Assembly: GCF_046119375.1 (NCBI RefSeq)
Contig: NW_027362767.1
Location: 292,950,001 to 293,014,000 of the forward strand
Length of the DNA: 64,000 nt
Direction of reading: 5' to 3'
Source: Phyllobates terribilis
Taxonomy: Eukaryota
Shown in pieces: positions 1 through 14,500 of the stretch. Position 1 is the first letter of the stretch; every line of letters starts with the position of its first letter. The position numbers and the translations under genes are program-made. The notes beneath the pieces are model-generated. The model was not told where the DNA came from and did not search any database. It saw only the letters and a list, made by a program, of their open reading frames with translations.

Positions 1-214
1 GTGGGGAGCCGTCCCATCAAAGCTGCCCCTAACATCAGCCTCAGTGGACTGTCGCAGCGCTGGTAACCTCTTACCAGAATCCACAGGTGGCGTCACGAAC
101 TTTTATTTTGATATTATTAAACCCCCTTTTTTGGCGCACAGTCCGCCCTGGGCCAGCCACCGTGATATACATATATACTGCCCCAGACAGTAAGGCCCCA
201 CCGGGGGCGCGACA
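1..214 (+). mobile_element. 3' part of a Gypsy-type LTR (related to the LTRs at 50672-51675 and 59368-60420), cut by window start
   Basis: Shares CCACAGGTGGCGTCACGAAC and the terminal GGGGCGCGACA with the other LTRs; ends in CA; no PBS follows. Confidence 0.65.
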
Positions 215-469
215 AATACAATTGCTGTGAGCCACGCCGCCGGCAGAGGAGCTGTGATCAGCTCCGTACTCCACCGGGAACTCCCGCAGGCTACTACCAG
301 TCTGCACGGCGCAGGCAGTGGAGGTCTGATGGCACGATGCAGTGACATCATCACACCGTCCAGCGCCCACTGCTGCACAAGACAGAAGAGGAGACGGAGC
401 TGCCCTGGATGAGGATCCTTGATTAGGTGAGTATAAGCTTCTTTTTTTTTATTTTTTATTTTACATTCG

Positions 470-1000
470 TTTGCCATGGGGTTGGGGCATGTGGGGACTT
501 GTATACGTGGGGCTGCCTCTGGGGACATATATACATGGGGCTGGCTGTGGGTCTGTCAATGGGGACATAGCAAGAGGGGCTGTGGGGAACACTATACCTT
601 TGCTGTGGGAACATCATACTATATACGATATTTGGAGGGCATCATGTTGTATAGTGGGCTGTGGGGGGCATCATACTACATAGGGATTGTGAGGGACATC
701 TTACTATATAGGGGGCTGTGGTGGGTATCATACTGTATATTGGGGAGCTATGGTAGACATACTGCTTGGGGGGCTGTGGTGTATACTAGGTGAGTTTTGT
801 GGATATACTACTTGGGCTGCTGTGGTGACTATAATACTTTGTAGGGGGGCGGAGTACAGTTTGGAGAAAACATGGTGGCAAGCATGAGGGCATAGTGTAA
901 AAATGGAGCACAGAATGGATATGGAGAGGGGGCATCGTGAAATGGGGGCACAGTATGTAGAGAGGTTAGCATGTCGGGGAGAAAGTGTGGAGATCTATAG
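470..1000. repeat. Degenerate ~30-bp G-rich minisatellite (core TATAxxGGGGGCTGTG), probably internal to a non-autonomous DNA transposon
   Basis: Repeated GGGGGCTGTG/CATATACT units; the overlapping ORFs are low complexity. Confidence 0.6.
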
Positions 1001-2002
1001 AGTATAAGTTAAAACAGTGGAGCGGGGACAGCCATGGTGTAGGCAGTGGTTCATAAAGGCGGACGGTGTGGCAGTTACATCTGATAAAGGCAGACAGTGG
1101 AGTGGTTATAGATCATTAATTCACACAGTGTGGAGGCTTATTTAGGGCATAGCAGGACAGATATTTTTATGCAGTGGGCATTATAATAACACTCTTATTT
1201 TTAAGGGCACTCTGTTGGAATGTGCTGCAGAAGACTGGAGAAAAGGGAATCTGGAGAGATGAGCTGTAGATGTGAAAAGTCATCGTGTCGTCAGTACTGG
1301 ATGGAGATGAAAAGAAAAAACAACTCGGATGTCACCTACTGTATAAGATACCTGGATGTAAATGTTTACTTGTTGATATGATACTGACTACATCTCATCA
1401 GTATTGCGTTTCCTGTACGGTCCGCAGTCTGATAAAACCCGATAACTCCCAGCATCTCCTTTACTATTCTTAAGGACATACTGGGAGTTGTAGGTTCATG
1501 AGATACAAATGTATATGTGCCTGACTTTACATTACAATTGATTGCTGTACTAAGCTTGGTGATGTATTCATGTAGTGATGGTGGTTCTGGTGACGTGGTA
1601 CAGGTACTCGTGATGTAGTCATCTACTGATTGAGACTCTGGTGATACATTAATGTTCTGAGGGTGGTTCTAGTGACCTATTTATTTACTGATTATAGTTC
1701 TGGTGGTGTATTTTGTTTTATTTAAAACATGACAAGGAGACAAAAACCGCAGCTGAAAAGTTGATAAAGCATGTAAGTAACATAACTTGGCTAATTGGTG
1801 TAGAAATGGTTCAGAAAATCTGCAACATCAAAAAAGGTACAAAATACTTATCATGGGAATTTAGGCGTTGTATATAGTCTCGTCTTGGGTCTTAATTAAG
1901 TTAGTGGTCTTTTATGAAATATACAAATACACTTTCGTGACCTGCTGCTCACATCACTCTGAAGAGATCTCTCAGGTTGGCCTCTTTGTCAAAGGCTTTT
2001 TA

Positions 2003-2396
2003 GGCTTTGTTCCCACCATGAGCTTTTGGTGAGTTTTTGTGGTTGCAGATTTTCTGCAATTGCTTGTGTTGTTGTTGCTTTTTTGGCATGACATGTTTTA
2101 AACCAAGCTGCTTTGTTTTTGATACTTCCTGGTATTTGGCTATGAAAAAAAACGCTATTGATACAGTCATGTGCGGATTCCGTGCGTTTTTGATGCTTTT
2201 CCGGTGCTGAAATGCACTAAAAATGCAGATTTTCTGCATCTAATGCAGGATTATGGTGAAAAAATATGCACATAAAGCCCAAGAGAAATTGGCATGTTGT
2301 AGGTCCGTTTACGCGGAGTAAAAAAGCACAGAGGGGATGAGGTTTATTATCAGTCGAAAATGCACAGCGTCAAAAACTCATCATGGCCACACAGCC
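2003..2396. mobile_element. PIF/Harbinger-type MITE
   Basis: Termini GGCTTTGTTCCCAC...GTGGCCACACAGCC-like inverted repeat; TTA on both sides. Confidence 0.7.
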
Positions 2397-2432
2397 TTAA
2401 TATGATCTTTTATTTTTTTTTTCTAGGTCAAT

Positions 2433-2502
2433 ATGTCACCTGATCAAAGCCATCCGTCACATTTAGTACAGGTTTTGATTAATTCGACATCAGGAGCAAT
2501 GG
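2433..2502 (+). CDS. slc25a15-like: SLC25A15-like coding exon 1 ([24 protein letters not shown])
   Basis: Acceptor TTTTTTCTAG at 2426, ATG 2433, donor GTGAGT at 2503, phase 1. Confidence 0.8.
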
Positions 2503-5500
2503 GTGAGTGATAAGGAGAAGAGCAAACACAAATTACTATCCACACCTTTTAAGATGCCAGAAAGTATTAGACAGTCTTAATGAAAGAAAGTTCAGTTATA
2601 CACATTGTTAAAAGAAAAAAAAAAACCTGAGCTTTCCTTATTCTACTGCTTTTTTTTTTTTCTATTTTGCGCTTTCACTCCATTGAAGAGATATTCACGT
2701 TTGTTTGTTTTCTGGAGCGCAGTATGTGAAGTCTCTGATTTTACTGCAACTGTGCGTTTCTTCACAGTCCTATCTTGAATGGCAACGCCTGGGAGGAAGG
2801 TGCTCAATCACAGCTCGGCAGCTGATCTAGCAGTCTCAGATGCTGCTGATCTGTGATTTACAGTTTCTGGGAGGAAGGTGAAAGTCGCATGATTGGAAAG
2901 GATATCCACAATTGAATTCTTAATTTAAAAAAAAAAAAAGAATAATAAAGAATAAAAGCATGCGCATAAATGAAAACCATTACAGACTACAAAAAAACAA
3001 GGGGGGGGGGGAATTGTAAGTACATATTGCAATATAATGTGGTGATTGCAATATATTAAGAGGATAATAACTTTGATGGGAGAAGTGCTTCTTTAAACAG
3101 ACCTTCAATAATTTAAATTATCGATCACCGAAAGAGAGGGGGTGGGGGGAGAAAAGGGAAGGAAGGAATCAATCAATAAGGCTTCGTTCCCACAATGAGA
3201 TTTTGGTGAGTTTTTGATGCTGCAGATTTTATGCACTATTCTGCACCTATTTAAATTACTTGCGTTTTTCATTGTGTTTTTTTAATACCCTTTGTGGTGA
3301 GGCCAGGGACTGGAAATTCATATTCCCAGTTATGAAGGTCTCGGCAGGAATGCTAGTCTGTCTGACTTCAAAGGACCCCAGGAGAGAATTGAATACAGGT
3401 CAGCTAGGATATATACCTTTTGTAGTGCAAACGCCTATTCCTGACAAGAGTATGGGGGAGCTAATTGAATCATGGCAATGAGGAATAGCTAATTGGAGGC
3501 TCCGATCGGTTTGTGACAATTGGTGGCAGCGGGTGGGATTTGGATATCTGTGAACTGAGCTCGGTGCTAGTTAGTAGATCAGACATAGTATACAGTGAAA
3601 GCGTGTGTGCGATACTGTACCCTTCCCCCTCTTAGTTTTCTGTCCTATCTTTTATTTGGCTACGGTCTCTGGTGGATGGCATACTGCCTCAGAAGCAAAG
3701 GTTCCCAGATGAGTGCTACCAGAGGGGACGCTGAGCAGATGGAAGGTGGCAGTGTGGTGCCAGTCGCTGACAAGACTGAGGTGTCAGAGGAGGGTGGAAG
3801 TGCCCCCGACACCCACAAAAATCCTGGACATTCTGTTATGCAATCCACAGCTCCAGCTGGAGGGGCCAGTAACCCGGCCCTGGACGCTCTTATGCAGGCC
3901 TACCTCCAGGCTCTGAGAGATGGACAGCAGGAGCAGAGCCAGGACGTGCTCCACGTGTGGCAAGCTGAGCGAGATGCCCAGGAGAGAAAGTGGCAAGCTG
4001 AGCGAGATGCCCAGGAAAGAAAGGAGGAGAGGCAGTACCAGCTACAGTTAGCCCAGCTGCGGAGCCGGCAGGACCCACCGGCTCAAACAGCACAGACCCC
4101 AGCAGCCCCAAAAGCTAAGCTGCGCTCAGAGGCTCTGCCTGTCCTGGAATCGGACGGAGACCTGGACCTTTCCCAGAAAGGGTTTGAACAGGTGTGTCTC
4201 CAGTACCAGGTACCCAAAGCAAACTGGGCATGCACCCTGTCCACCAGGCTAAGAGGGAGAGCCCTGGACGTTTTCTCGTCACTCCCTGCAGCCCAGCACC
4301 AGGACTATGACCTCATTAAAGCTGATCCTGATGTACCGTCTCACGCCTGAGGTGTACAGAGTGAAATTCCTCAGCCTGAGGAAACGACCGACCGAGAGCC
4401 ACGTAGAGACTCTGCTCCAGATGAGTGTCCAGCTTCACAGATGGGCAGCGGGAGAGATAGACAATCCCGACGAAGCAACCTTGGATCTGTTCCTCAAGGA
4501 GCAATTCTTAAACATTTGCTCGGAGCAAGTGCAACAATATGTCCTGGACCGGAAACCCCAAGATGCCAGAATTGCTGCGGAGCTAGCGGATGAGTACGTC
4601 GCCAACCGGACGTCGCGGAGACCCGTCAGCACGGGTTGTGAGGAAGGATCAGGGGCACGTGGCTCTGATCGGTTTGTGACACCCTTTTTGATGCTTTTTT
4701 TTTTTTTTTTCTCTTAACATGCGGATTTTCCGCATCTAATGCAAATCTGTGGCAAAAATTTGCACCTAAAATTCAGGTCAGTTTACGCTGAATAAAAAGG
4801 AAATAAAGAAACACAGTGGGCAGGAGACTTCTATAAATTCCATCCACTTGGCTTAAACTGTAAGACGCTGCGTATTTGACAAAGTAAAAATACACGACGT
4901 CAAAAACTCACCGAAAGCTCATCGTGGGAACAAAGCCTAATAATGTAAAAACAGCACCATGTAAATGGGATGCAACATGTCAAAAAACTCTGCAACAGGT
5001 GTATACCATCTGTGCATTTTATAGGGGGAAAAAAACATTGTATATAGTGTCAGTCAATACATGTGTATATATAAAGTATGATAACAAAGAAATTGATTAA
5101 TATGAATATAAGACGTTCCATATAAAGCAGCTTCATTTTACAGACAAAAGGAAAAAATACATTTTATTACCGAATTTAACAAACATCACATAACGATGTA
5201 TTTACATGTAATGTTTTGTCCGCACACTTTTATTCATCTAGGGTATTTTTTACACATTACATAAATGTTAAGTATTAGGTGGTAATCATAGTAATGCACA
5301 GCTCATATAATTTAAAAATAGAAGTAAAGAGCATCACAATAGGGAAACTTGTGTTATTGGCTGGAATGCATCCTGTGTGAACGGCCTAGAGTAAATAAGA
5401 CATGGCTGTATATCAAGCATTTCTTCTTATTTGTCTTGGTGTATAGTATTTTGATTTTGGACATTAGTCCAGCTAAATTGTTCACTTTTAGGAGCTTTAT

Positions 5501-8500
5501 TTACAGTATTGGACCTATAAGAAAATTATTTCACATTTTCAAAAGGAGGTTTTCCCACAAACATTTAATCAATAGATCTTGGAGTACAAATAATTTCCAG
5601 AATTGAATGTATTAAGAAAAATATGTTCTTGTGTCTGACCGTGCAGGAACATGGTCTGATCATACCACATCTCCTGGGCAAGGGGGGGGGGGGAGCAAAA
5701 GAGTATACAGACATTACAGCATGGGATCGCAGATGATTCTGTGAGATTTCCCTGCCTGTTTATAAACCTGTTTTTTTTTTTTCACAGAAAGAAAAAAATC
5801 AGCTGCAATCCCCTTCTGTAATGTCTGTATACTTTTTTGCGTCCTCCCTGCCCAGGAGCTGTGGTATGATCAGACCATGTCCCTGCACGGTCAGACACAG
5901 CCATTACACAGTACACAGCAGGGGCACATTTATAAGATTATCTCAGCACAGGAGCATTTTATTTAAACACATCCAATTGTGGAAATTATTATTATTCCAA
6001 GATCTATTGATTAAAATGTTCTTTGTTTATGGGAAAACCCTTTTTAATTAAGTGGTCTCACCAAACTTTTTATTGCCTAAACTTGTGTATTTGTAATGCA
6101 GTGTAATTGTGGTAATAATTTCACTGATGGCTATAGTGGCATTTGACCCAGTAGAGGCCCGGTGTAACAGGCCAAGTTGACCCCTGTCCAGATTAAACCT
6201 GGGTATAGTTTGACCCAGGCCAGAGTACACCACTGGGGATAAACTGTCCTAGGCCAAACTATACCCCCTCTAGGCTAAAATATATCCCTCTATTTTGAGC
6301 CCTTGTAAATGGGAAGTGGGAAGGTATTTGTGTTAATCACATGATGAAGACTGATCTCCCAATACAATGTGACTGGTAACCGACAAGTCATTACATCTGA
6401 CTTTGCCAAGATAGTGCTCATACACTTAACTAAAACCAATGCTGATATTCTGCATTACAGCAACCCTTATGTCCCTCATTTTAAGGGTGGGTGTTTTCCA
6501 GTTAAAACTAAGTGATCACCTATCCGCAGGTTAGGTGATCACTTCCTGATCAGTGGGTGTCCCAATCAGTAGATCGGGGATCTTTTAAACCTTTTACAAG
6601 ACATCTTGGCAAGTTGGACTCTATTAGGGCTGCAGGAAAAAGTCAAGCAATCAGAAGCGCGTTGGGAAATGAAAGGAGGAGCAGCAATTCTAATGGGGAT
6701 AAAAGTTCCCCTATCTGCTGATCAGTGTAGGTCTCTGTGGTCAGACCCACACCGATCAACAAGTTATCACCTAAATTGTGGATAAATGAAGACGTGTTTT
6801 CACCGGACAACCCCTTTTAAGTATAGCATGGATTTATGTAATTTTATTTTCTACATGACTTATTTTTTCTTTTTTTTTTTCTTTAGGTGGTGTTGCATGT
6901 GTTATCACTGGACAGCCCTTTGACACGGTCAAGGTTAAGATGCAGACATTCCCATCCTTGTATCGAGGTTTTTTGGACTGCACTGTGAGAACATACCACA
7001 CAGAGGGATTGCGCGGGTTGTATCATGGCACTGTCCCTGCTTTGTTGGCCAATGTGTCAGAAAATGCAGTGCTGTTTGCATGCTATGGGTTTTGTCAAAA
7101 TCTTGTGTGTCATCTCCTGGGGATGCAAGATCCGTCACAGCTTAGGTGTGTGCTCCTTTACCTTTTTCTTTAATACGGATCTTTATTGGAGCTCCTTTTT
7201 CATTTCTTTGTTACACCAATATGTGACCAATAAAAAAGAACGGAAAAGACCTTTCCAACATATGACGTAAATGTACGTCATGATCAGGAAGGTATTTCAG
7301 CAAAATGACGTACAGTTACGTCATGGGGAAACCGGTCACCATGTCTTACGACATGGTCACCGATTAAAGATATCTGCTGTCCCTGATATTAGGGCATCCT
7401 TTCTCATTGCCTATGGGAGAGGGTTTGCTACCTTCAACATTGGTGATCACTAGAATTGGTCGGTCAACTCTGACCAACAAATTGCAGTAATGTGGAGTGA
7501 AAAACCAATAAAAATGCTTAAAATATTGGTGATTGGTCCTGTCACAGCACCGATTATAAGCTGCTGCTGGGATATGTTGGCGTTGCTGCCCCTGGCGCTG
7601 ATTGGTGTGATCGGACAGTGATGTTGAACAGACTAATCACAGTGCAGGAGGTCAGTTGACCATCTCTGTGACCGAGCTGCCCGCCTCATTTCAGTGTGGA
7701 AAAGCAGTCATTGTTCCTAGCTGCGCTATCCTGCTGGGACTTGTGGTGCCGCAAACTATCTATAATATAATTACCTTTTTAATGTCTTCACATCCTGCTT
7801 CGTCCAGATGTTTCCGGATCCCAGAATTCCAAGCGGCGGAAGTTCGCCGACTGCCATATTGGGACACCCAAGTGATGGGTATCTCAATATGGAAACCGCT
7901 GGTGGTACCAGCCTCTTGCGCTGTACCACTAGCGGAACACGGGATCAGCCGAATGGTTCACTGACCGCCGCCATCTTTGTACAGGAGGAGCGCATGCCCA
8001 GTTTTAATGTCACGCTGCTATCTGCTTGCACAAAGATGGCGGCGATCTGACATACTGCACCTGCATGAACTCCGCGCAGGCGCAGTGAATTATTCGGCTG
8101 ATCCCGGCGGTGTTCTCAAACGAGAGAACACATGAGGGAAGGTGACAGCACAGGGGTGGAGAGAGAGAGAGCAGACAAGGGGGAGAGCACATGGGGTACA
8201 CAGGTCAAAGAAGAGATCACATGAGAGGAGAAAACAGCACAGAGGGGAGAGAGACAGCACAGGGGGAGACGGCTCAAACGGGACAGCACAGGAAGGAGAG
8301 AGACAGCAGATGAGGATAGCACATGGGGTAGACAGGTCAAAGAAGAGAGCACAGACGGGAGAAGTCAGCACATGGGGGGGAAAGAGAGAGTGGATAAGTG
8401 GGTGGGTGAGCACATGGGGGTGAGAGATTCTCAACGCTGCAAAGCCTGTCCCCATCGTGACATTACCGCCCTCCCGACGCGATGGCATCAGGCCTCCATC

Positions 8501-11500
8501 TAGTATGCCATAACAGCCTCCTAATCAGAGACTGCTCCTTGGGTTTTGAATTGTTCCTGTCCCCAGCCTTACTCTAACTCACTCTTACCCCCAATCTTTT
8601 ATCCCCACATCCCCTCTCGAAAGTCACTGATTTTGCATATGTGTTTGATTTTTGCCCCTTTTTTTTTTTTTTTTTTTTTCTCCCATCGGTTTATTTTTTG
8701 TAACACGTCTGTGTGTGCCCTGCAGTCTTTCAACCCTGATAACTGATGCACATCACTGATCGGCAGGCATCCATGTTCACTTTTGGCTCATGACTTATTT
8801 TTCCTGCCTATTTTTTTTTTTTTTTCACTCCGCACCGCCTCCGTGAGTTTGTACTGCAGCTGCTGAGTGCTGCTCTGTGGTGCGCATCACTGATCAGAGT
8901 CCGCGCAGGATTTTTTTAAATTTTTTTAAATTTCTTGTAATTTTAATGTGGGTACGGATAGTATTCAGACCCCTTAAAATGTTTCACTCTGTTTCATTGC
9001 AGCCATTTGGTAAATTCTAAAAAGTTCATTTTTTTTCTCATTAAAGTACACTCTGCACCCCATCTTGACAAAGAAAAACTGAAATATCACATGGTCATAA
9101 GTATTCAGACCCTTTGCTCAGTATTGAGTAGAAGCACCCTTTTGAGCTAGTACAGCCATGAGTCTTCTTGGGAATGATGCAACAAGTTTTTCACACCTGG
9201 ATTTGGGGATCCTCTGCCATTCTTCCTTGCAGATCCTCTCCAGTTCCGTCAGGTTGGATGGTGAACGTTGGTGGACAGCCATTTTCAGGTCTCTCCAGAG
9301 ATTCTCAATTGGGTTTAGGTCAGGGCTCTGGCTGGGCCAGGCAAGAATGGTCACAGAGTTGTTCTGAAGCCACTCCTTTGTTGTTTTAGCTGCGTGCTTA
9401 GGGTCATTGTCTTGTTGAAAGGTGAAACTTTGGCCAAGTCTGAGGTCCAGAGCACTCTGGAAGAGGTTTTCATCCAGGATATCTCTGTACTTGGCTGCAT
9501 TCATGTTTCCTTCAATTGCAACCAGTCATCCTGTCACTGCAGCTGAAAAACACCCCCATAGCATGATGCTGCCACCACCATGTTTCACTGTTGGGATTGC
9601 ATTGGGCAGGTGATGAGCAGTGCCTGGTTTTCGCCACACATACCGCTTAAAATTATCACTAAAAAGTTCTATCTTCGTCTCATCAGACCAGAGAATCTTA
9701 TTTCTCATAGTCTGGGAGTCCTTCATGTGTTTTTGAGAAAACTCTATGTAGGCTTTCATATGTCTTTCACTGAGGCGAGGCTTCCATTGGGCCACTCTGC
9801 TATAAAGGCCCGACTGGTGGAGAGCTGCAGTGATAGTTGACTTTGTGAAACTTTCTCCCATATCCCTACTTCATCTCTGGAGCTCAGCCACAGTGATCTT
9901 GGGGTTCTTCTTTACCTCTCTCACCAAGGCTCTTCTCCCACGATTGCTCAGTTTGGCTGGATGGCCAGGTCTAGGAAGACTTCTGGTGGTCCCAAACCTC
10001 TTCCATTTAAGGATTATGGAGGCCACTGTGCTCTTAGGAGCCTTGAGTAATGCAGAAATTCTTTTGTAACCTTGGCCAGATCTGTGCCTTGCCACAATTC
10101 TGCCTCTGAGCTCCTTGGGCAGTTCCTTTAAGCTCATGATTCTCATTTGGTCTGACATGCACTGTGAGCTGTGAGGTCTTATATAGAGAGGTGTGTGCCT
10201 TTCCAAGTCAAGTCCTATCAGTTTAATTAAACACAACTGGACTCCAATGAAGGAGTAGAATCATCTCAAGGAGGATCACAAGGAAATGGACAGCATGTGA
10301 CTTAAATATGAGTGTCTGAGCAAAGGGTCTGAATACTTCTGACCATGTGATATTTGTTTTTCTTTTTTTAATAACTTTGGCAAATTTTCTACATTTTGTT
10401 TTTTTTTTCAGTGAAGATGGGGTGCAGAGTGTATTTTAATGAGAAAAAAATGAACTTTTTATAATTTACCAAATGGCTGCAATGAAACAGAGTGAAAAAT
10501 TTAAAGGGGGCTGAATACTTTCCGTACCCACTGTATACACACCACCTTAATGCGTGCAGCCTCTGGCCCCTGTGCTCTGATCACTGTTGCACATCAGTGA
10601 TCAGGTCCCATGTGTGGGGGGGGGGATTGCCACAGGATTTTTTTTTTTCTTTCAAATGATGTAATAAAAAAGAACTATATAAAAAAAAAAGTATAATTTG
10701 ATTAGTTGATATGGCTAGATATAGGGACAACGCAAAAACATAGTACTTGGCTTGTGCTACTGTATTTGGTAATTGTACTGATGTCTATTTAGGAATTTTT
10801 TTATGTAGTTTCTGAATTTTAGTGGAAAACTACTGTAGTAATTATCTCAGTTACAGTTTGACATCAGTCAGGGTTCAGTAATTGTTTTTACTAATGTCTG
10901 TTTTAGCTTATTATTTTATTAAATTTTTATATTCTACATTGTACATTTTATTTAGTATAACTTCAAAGTATATTGGATACTACTGTAGTAATTATATTTT
11001 TTTGTTTTTTCATTGATTTATATGTTAGTTTTCTAGTTACAAGTAAGCTGAGCAGCCTATATATCCTGACCCTTTTATTTAGGGGTATTGTCAGTCATTA
11101 TGCTTTATTCTAATCTTATTCCCTCTAGAGACTACCACAAGGCTACTGCAGGCTCCTTAGCGTCTGTCGTCTCCTCCCTGGTCCTTTGTCCAACAGAACT
11201 GGTGAAGTGCCGTATGCAAACACTGCATGAAATGCGCATATCTGGATACAAGGGCATGCCACCTAAGAGGTCATTATTACAACTGTTAAGTAGGCAGAAG
11301 AAAATGAAACACTGCTGATTTTTACTGTCCAGTTGCCTTCTTTTTTAAATTTTTCTTTTCTTTTGTGCGTCAAGACATCATAAGGGAGTAGTTGCATAAC
11401 AAATATTTTTTATATACCCTATTAGGTCATATGGACATCATAGAGGGATCCCCTCTTGGTAATTCCCATTATCAATCAAAACCGAAAAAAAATAACACAA

Positions 11501-14500
11501 AGTAACTCCTGCTGTGGCAGGAGGTAAAAATCAGACATCTAACTAAAGCACAAAAGACAACTTGCAAATCGTTTGACAAATTTGTTGCACATCAATAAGT
11601 AACTAATTGAGAGGTTGTCACGCCAAAAAAAGTGTCAGAAATGCAATGATGAATTGGGCGCTATGTTTCCAACAAGGCTTAGAGGCAACCAATAGTGTTG
11701 CTAGAGAAATTTGCAGTTATACAGCGATATGGGAGGGAAGAGGTCTTGGGGCTTTCTCACACCAGTATATAATCTGTACGAGTGTGGTCTGACAAAACAT
11801 CAGATCCCGCTCGGACCAATGTTACTCTATGGGGCCGTGAACAAGTCCAATCTTTTTTTTTTTTTTTTCTCTTCAGTCCAAGGAAAAAAATCGCAGCATG
11901 CCCGAGTGTGAGCCAATATTCGGATCGCACTTGGCCATACAAGTCAATGAGTCTGTGGAAATCATCGGACTACACTTGGTTGACATTTTGAGTGCAGTTC
12001 GATTTCCACGCACTAACACAATGGAGAATCAGATCACACTATGCTGACACTGATCAAACTCTGATCAGAGTTTAATCAGCGTGTCATTTCCATAACTTTG
12101 TCTCGGATGAGAGAATCTATGGCTGTCTATCCCTAGCCTTCCAGTGTTACATATTTGCATGGAAAGCTTCCTTCAGGGATTTTGTCAGAAGGAAAAAAAA
12201 AATACCATAGAACTGATGGAAGTCCAGCTCACCAGAGTAAGAAAAGTGAAGCTCCTCGGTGCAGGGAACCTGCTCTGACCTGGCATTTTCAATATAGAAT
12301 AATGAAGAGTGTGTTCTAACTCCAAAAGGTAAAACTTCAAATGCTTGATTTCTTGATGTATTAAAAAGTCATTTTGCATGCACACCAGTGTTCTAGATCA
12401 ACTATAGTAAATTAAGAATGCCGGTGAGTGTTCACAAAGAACACCACAAGGCAGGATTCAAGTATGGCTCAGCACACGAGGAGGCAGACTCAAAACACCG
12501 TCTTTAAGTAAAAGAGGATATATGTCGGAAGATAAAAATAAGTTTTTATAAAAATGATGTTAATAACATGAATAGAAGGAGAAATAGCTGCCGCATATCA
12601 CAAAACTATGCTTCAGCTATGGCAATGGCAGTACAATACAAACCAGTGAATTAGCCGAAAGTAGTTTGTAAACCTGATTTATACTATCTGGGTTTTCTGC
12701 TAATCAGTCCACTCTGCTACAGCGTCCTAACTAAAGAGAAAACTGAGCTACATCCTCACATAGTACTGTACCAGTGTTTCACTCAATTGTGCAGTTTAGG
12801 AATAGATAGACAACTGCTGCTTGGTTCTGTTGTAGCTGAGCCGGATGACTTATGCTTGAGTTCTTCCTCCTGTAGATTTGGTCTCTTCTCTCTTCCAGTC
12901 AGGCAAGTCTTATTCCCCTCCCAATGACAAGGGATGGCTGAAACACTGTGTTATGTTACCTCCAGTCCCCAATCTTCAGGGAAGCTGTTCAGGAGGAGCA
13001 ATGCAGCTCTTTGTTTGTCAGGACTTTGTCCAAAAGTAATCTTGCAATAGTCCAGACTTTCTCTTTTCCCCAGAGAACATAATCAAGTCGTCTTATTATC
13101 TCTACTTATCAGGACACAGTCAAACATCCTGTCTGTTACCTCAGACACACACCTCTCACTTCCTGGTTCTTCTCCCTTCAACAGCAAGTCCAAGAGCAAT
13201 AATCAGAGGGAAGCATGGTCTCTTAAAGCCACAGTGTCATTCAATGTCCAGTAAGAGCTGTAACCCCCCCCCCCCTCTTCCTACACAACAAGAAATAAAG
13301 CATTTGAAGTTCAACCTCCTGCAGGTGGAACAGTTTCTTTATTCTGCTATACAAAGTTGTGTAGTGTAGCATGCAGCAGTACTTTTTCACAACGCAGTGC
13401 ACTCGGCCTTACAATACTGGATTGCCAATCAAAGTACATATTTACCACTGATTTCTTAATTCAGTCTCATCACTGCTTTTTTTTTAATATTGTAGCACGC
13501 CATATTCCATTGTTTCTGATATCCTAAAAACAGAAGGTGTTTGTGGCCTTTTCCGTGGACTCAGCAGCACGTGGCTGCGGGAAATTCCAGGGTATTTCTT
13601 CTTTTTTGGTGGCTATGAGCTGAGTAGCAGTATTCTAAATCGAAATTCCCAAGATCAACCAGGTAATGGGTAAGAACTCCTCTTTGGGCTTGGTTCCTTT
13701 ATGAAGTTGTATCTAAGACATAGCTGTATGTATTTACAGGTGCACTAGTGGTCACAGTAAGTGGAGGTGTAGGTGGGTCCTTTTTTTGGCTTTGTGTATA
13801 TCCAGTGGATTCTGTGAAGTCAAGAATTCAGGTTTTACCTGTAGCATCTCCTACTGGAGGTTTCTTTATCTCTTTCCTGCATATCTTGAAGACAGAAGGT
13901 GAGCACCCATATTTCTGTGGATTGTATAATATACATCTAATAAGCTGAACCTGTATATTTTGTCTGGACTCTGACCATCTGATGTGTATGGGGGTCTCTG
14001 CACTCTCTCGCAACAGAGGATGTTGGGGAACTTAAGAATCAGGCAGTGAAACCAAATGCAAAAATTATAGGACCCCCTTAACACTTTTTATCTTTACCTT
14101 TTAGTTTGTTCACCCTCCTATATTACCTTAACTGTTGTATGTTCACATGTGGCATTTTTGCAGCGTATTTGGTGTGTAACATATGCAGCATTTTACTGTA
14201 CCAGTATAATCTGAGATTTCTAAAATCTCATGCACACGCTGCATTTTTTTTCTGGACATTGCTGCATTTTTCCCTAGACAGAGGATGTTGATTCTTTCAG
14301 CGTTATTGCAGTGATTTTCACCCTTTCAAATGAATGGATGAAAAATACAAGAGTAGAGATGCAGAAAAAAAATGTGTATTGTACCAAGTGTTTTTGGTGC
14401 AAAACCACAACACTTAATAATTTTATTTTCTACAGCGCCCACAAATTCTACAGAACTTTACAAATTAAAACATGTGAATATAATCTAACAGACGTTGTAT

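Noticed and set aside
3595-4717. Long ORFs as a host SCAN-domain gene
   Set aside because: Preceded by LTR end and PBS, frameshifted, and bounded by LTR ends: retrotransposon gag
12410-13250. Possible additional solo LTR in SLC25A15-like intron 3
   Set aside because: Composition is suggestive, but no TG...CA termini with a TSD could be fixed
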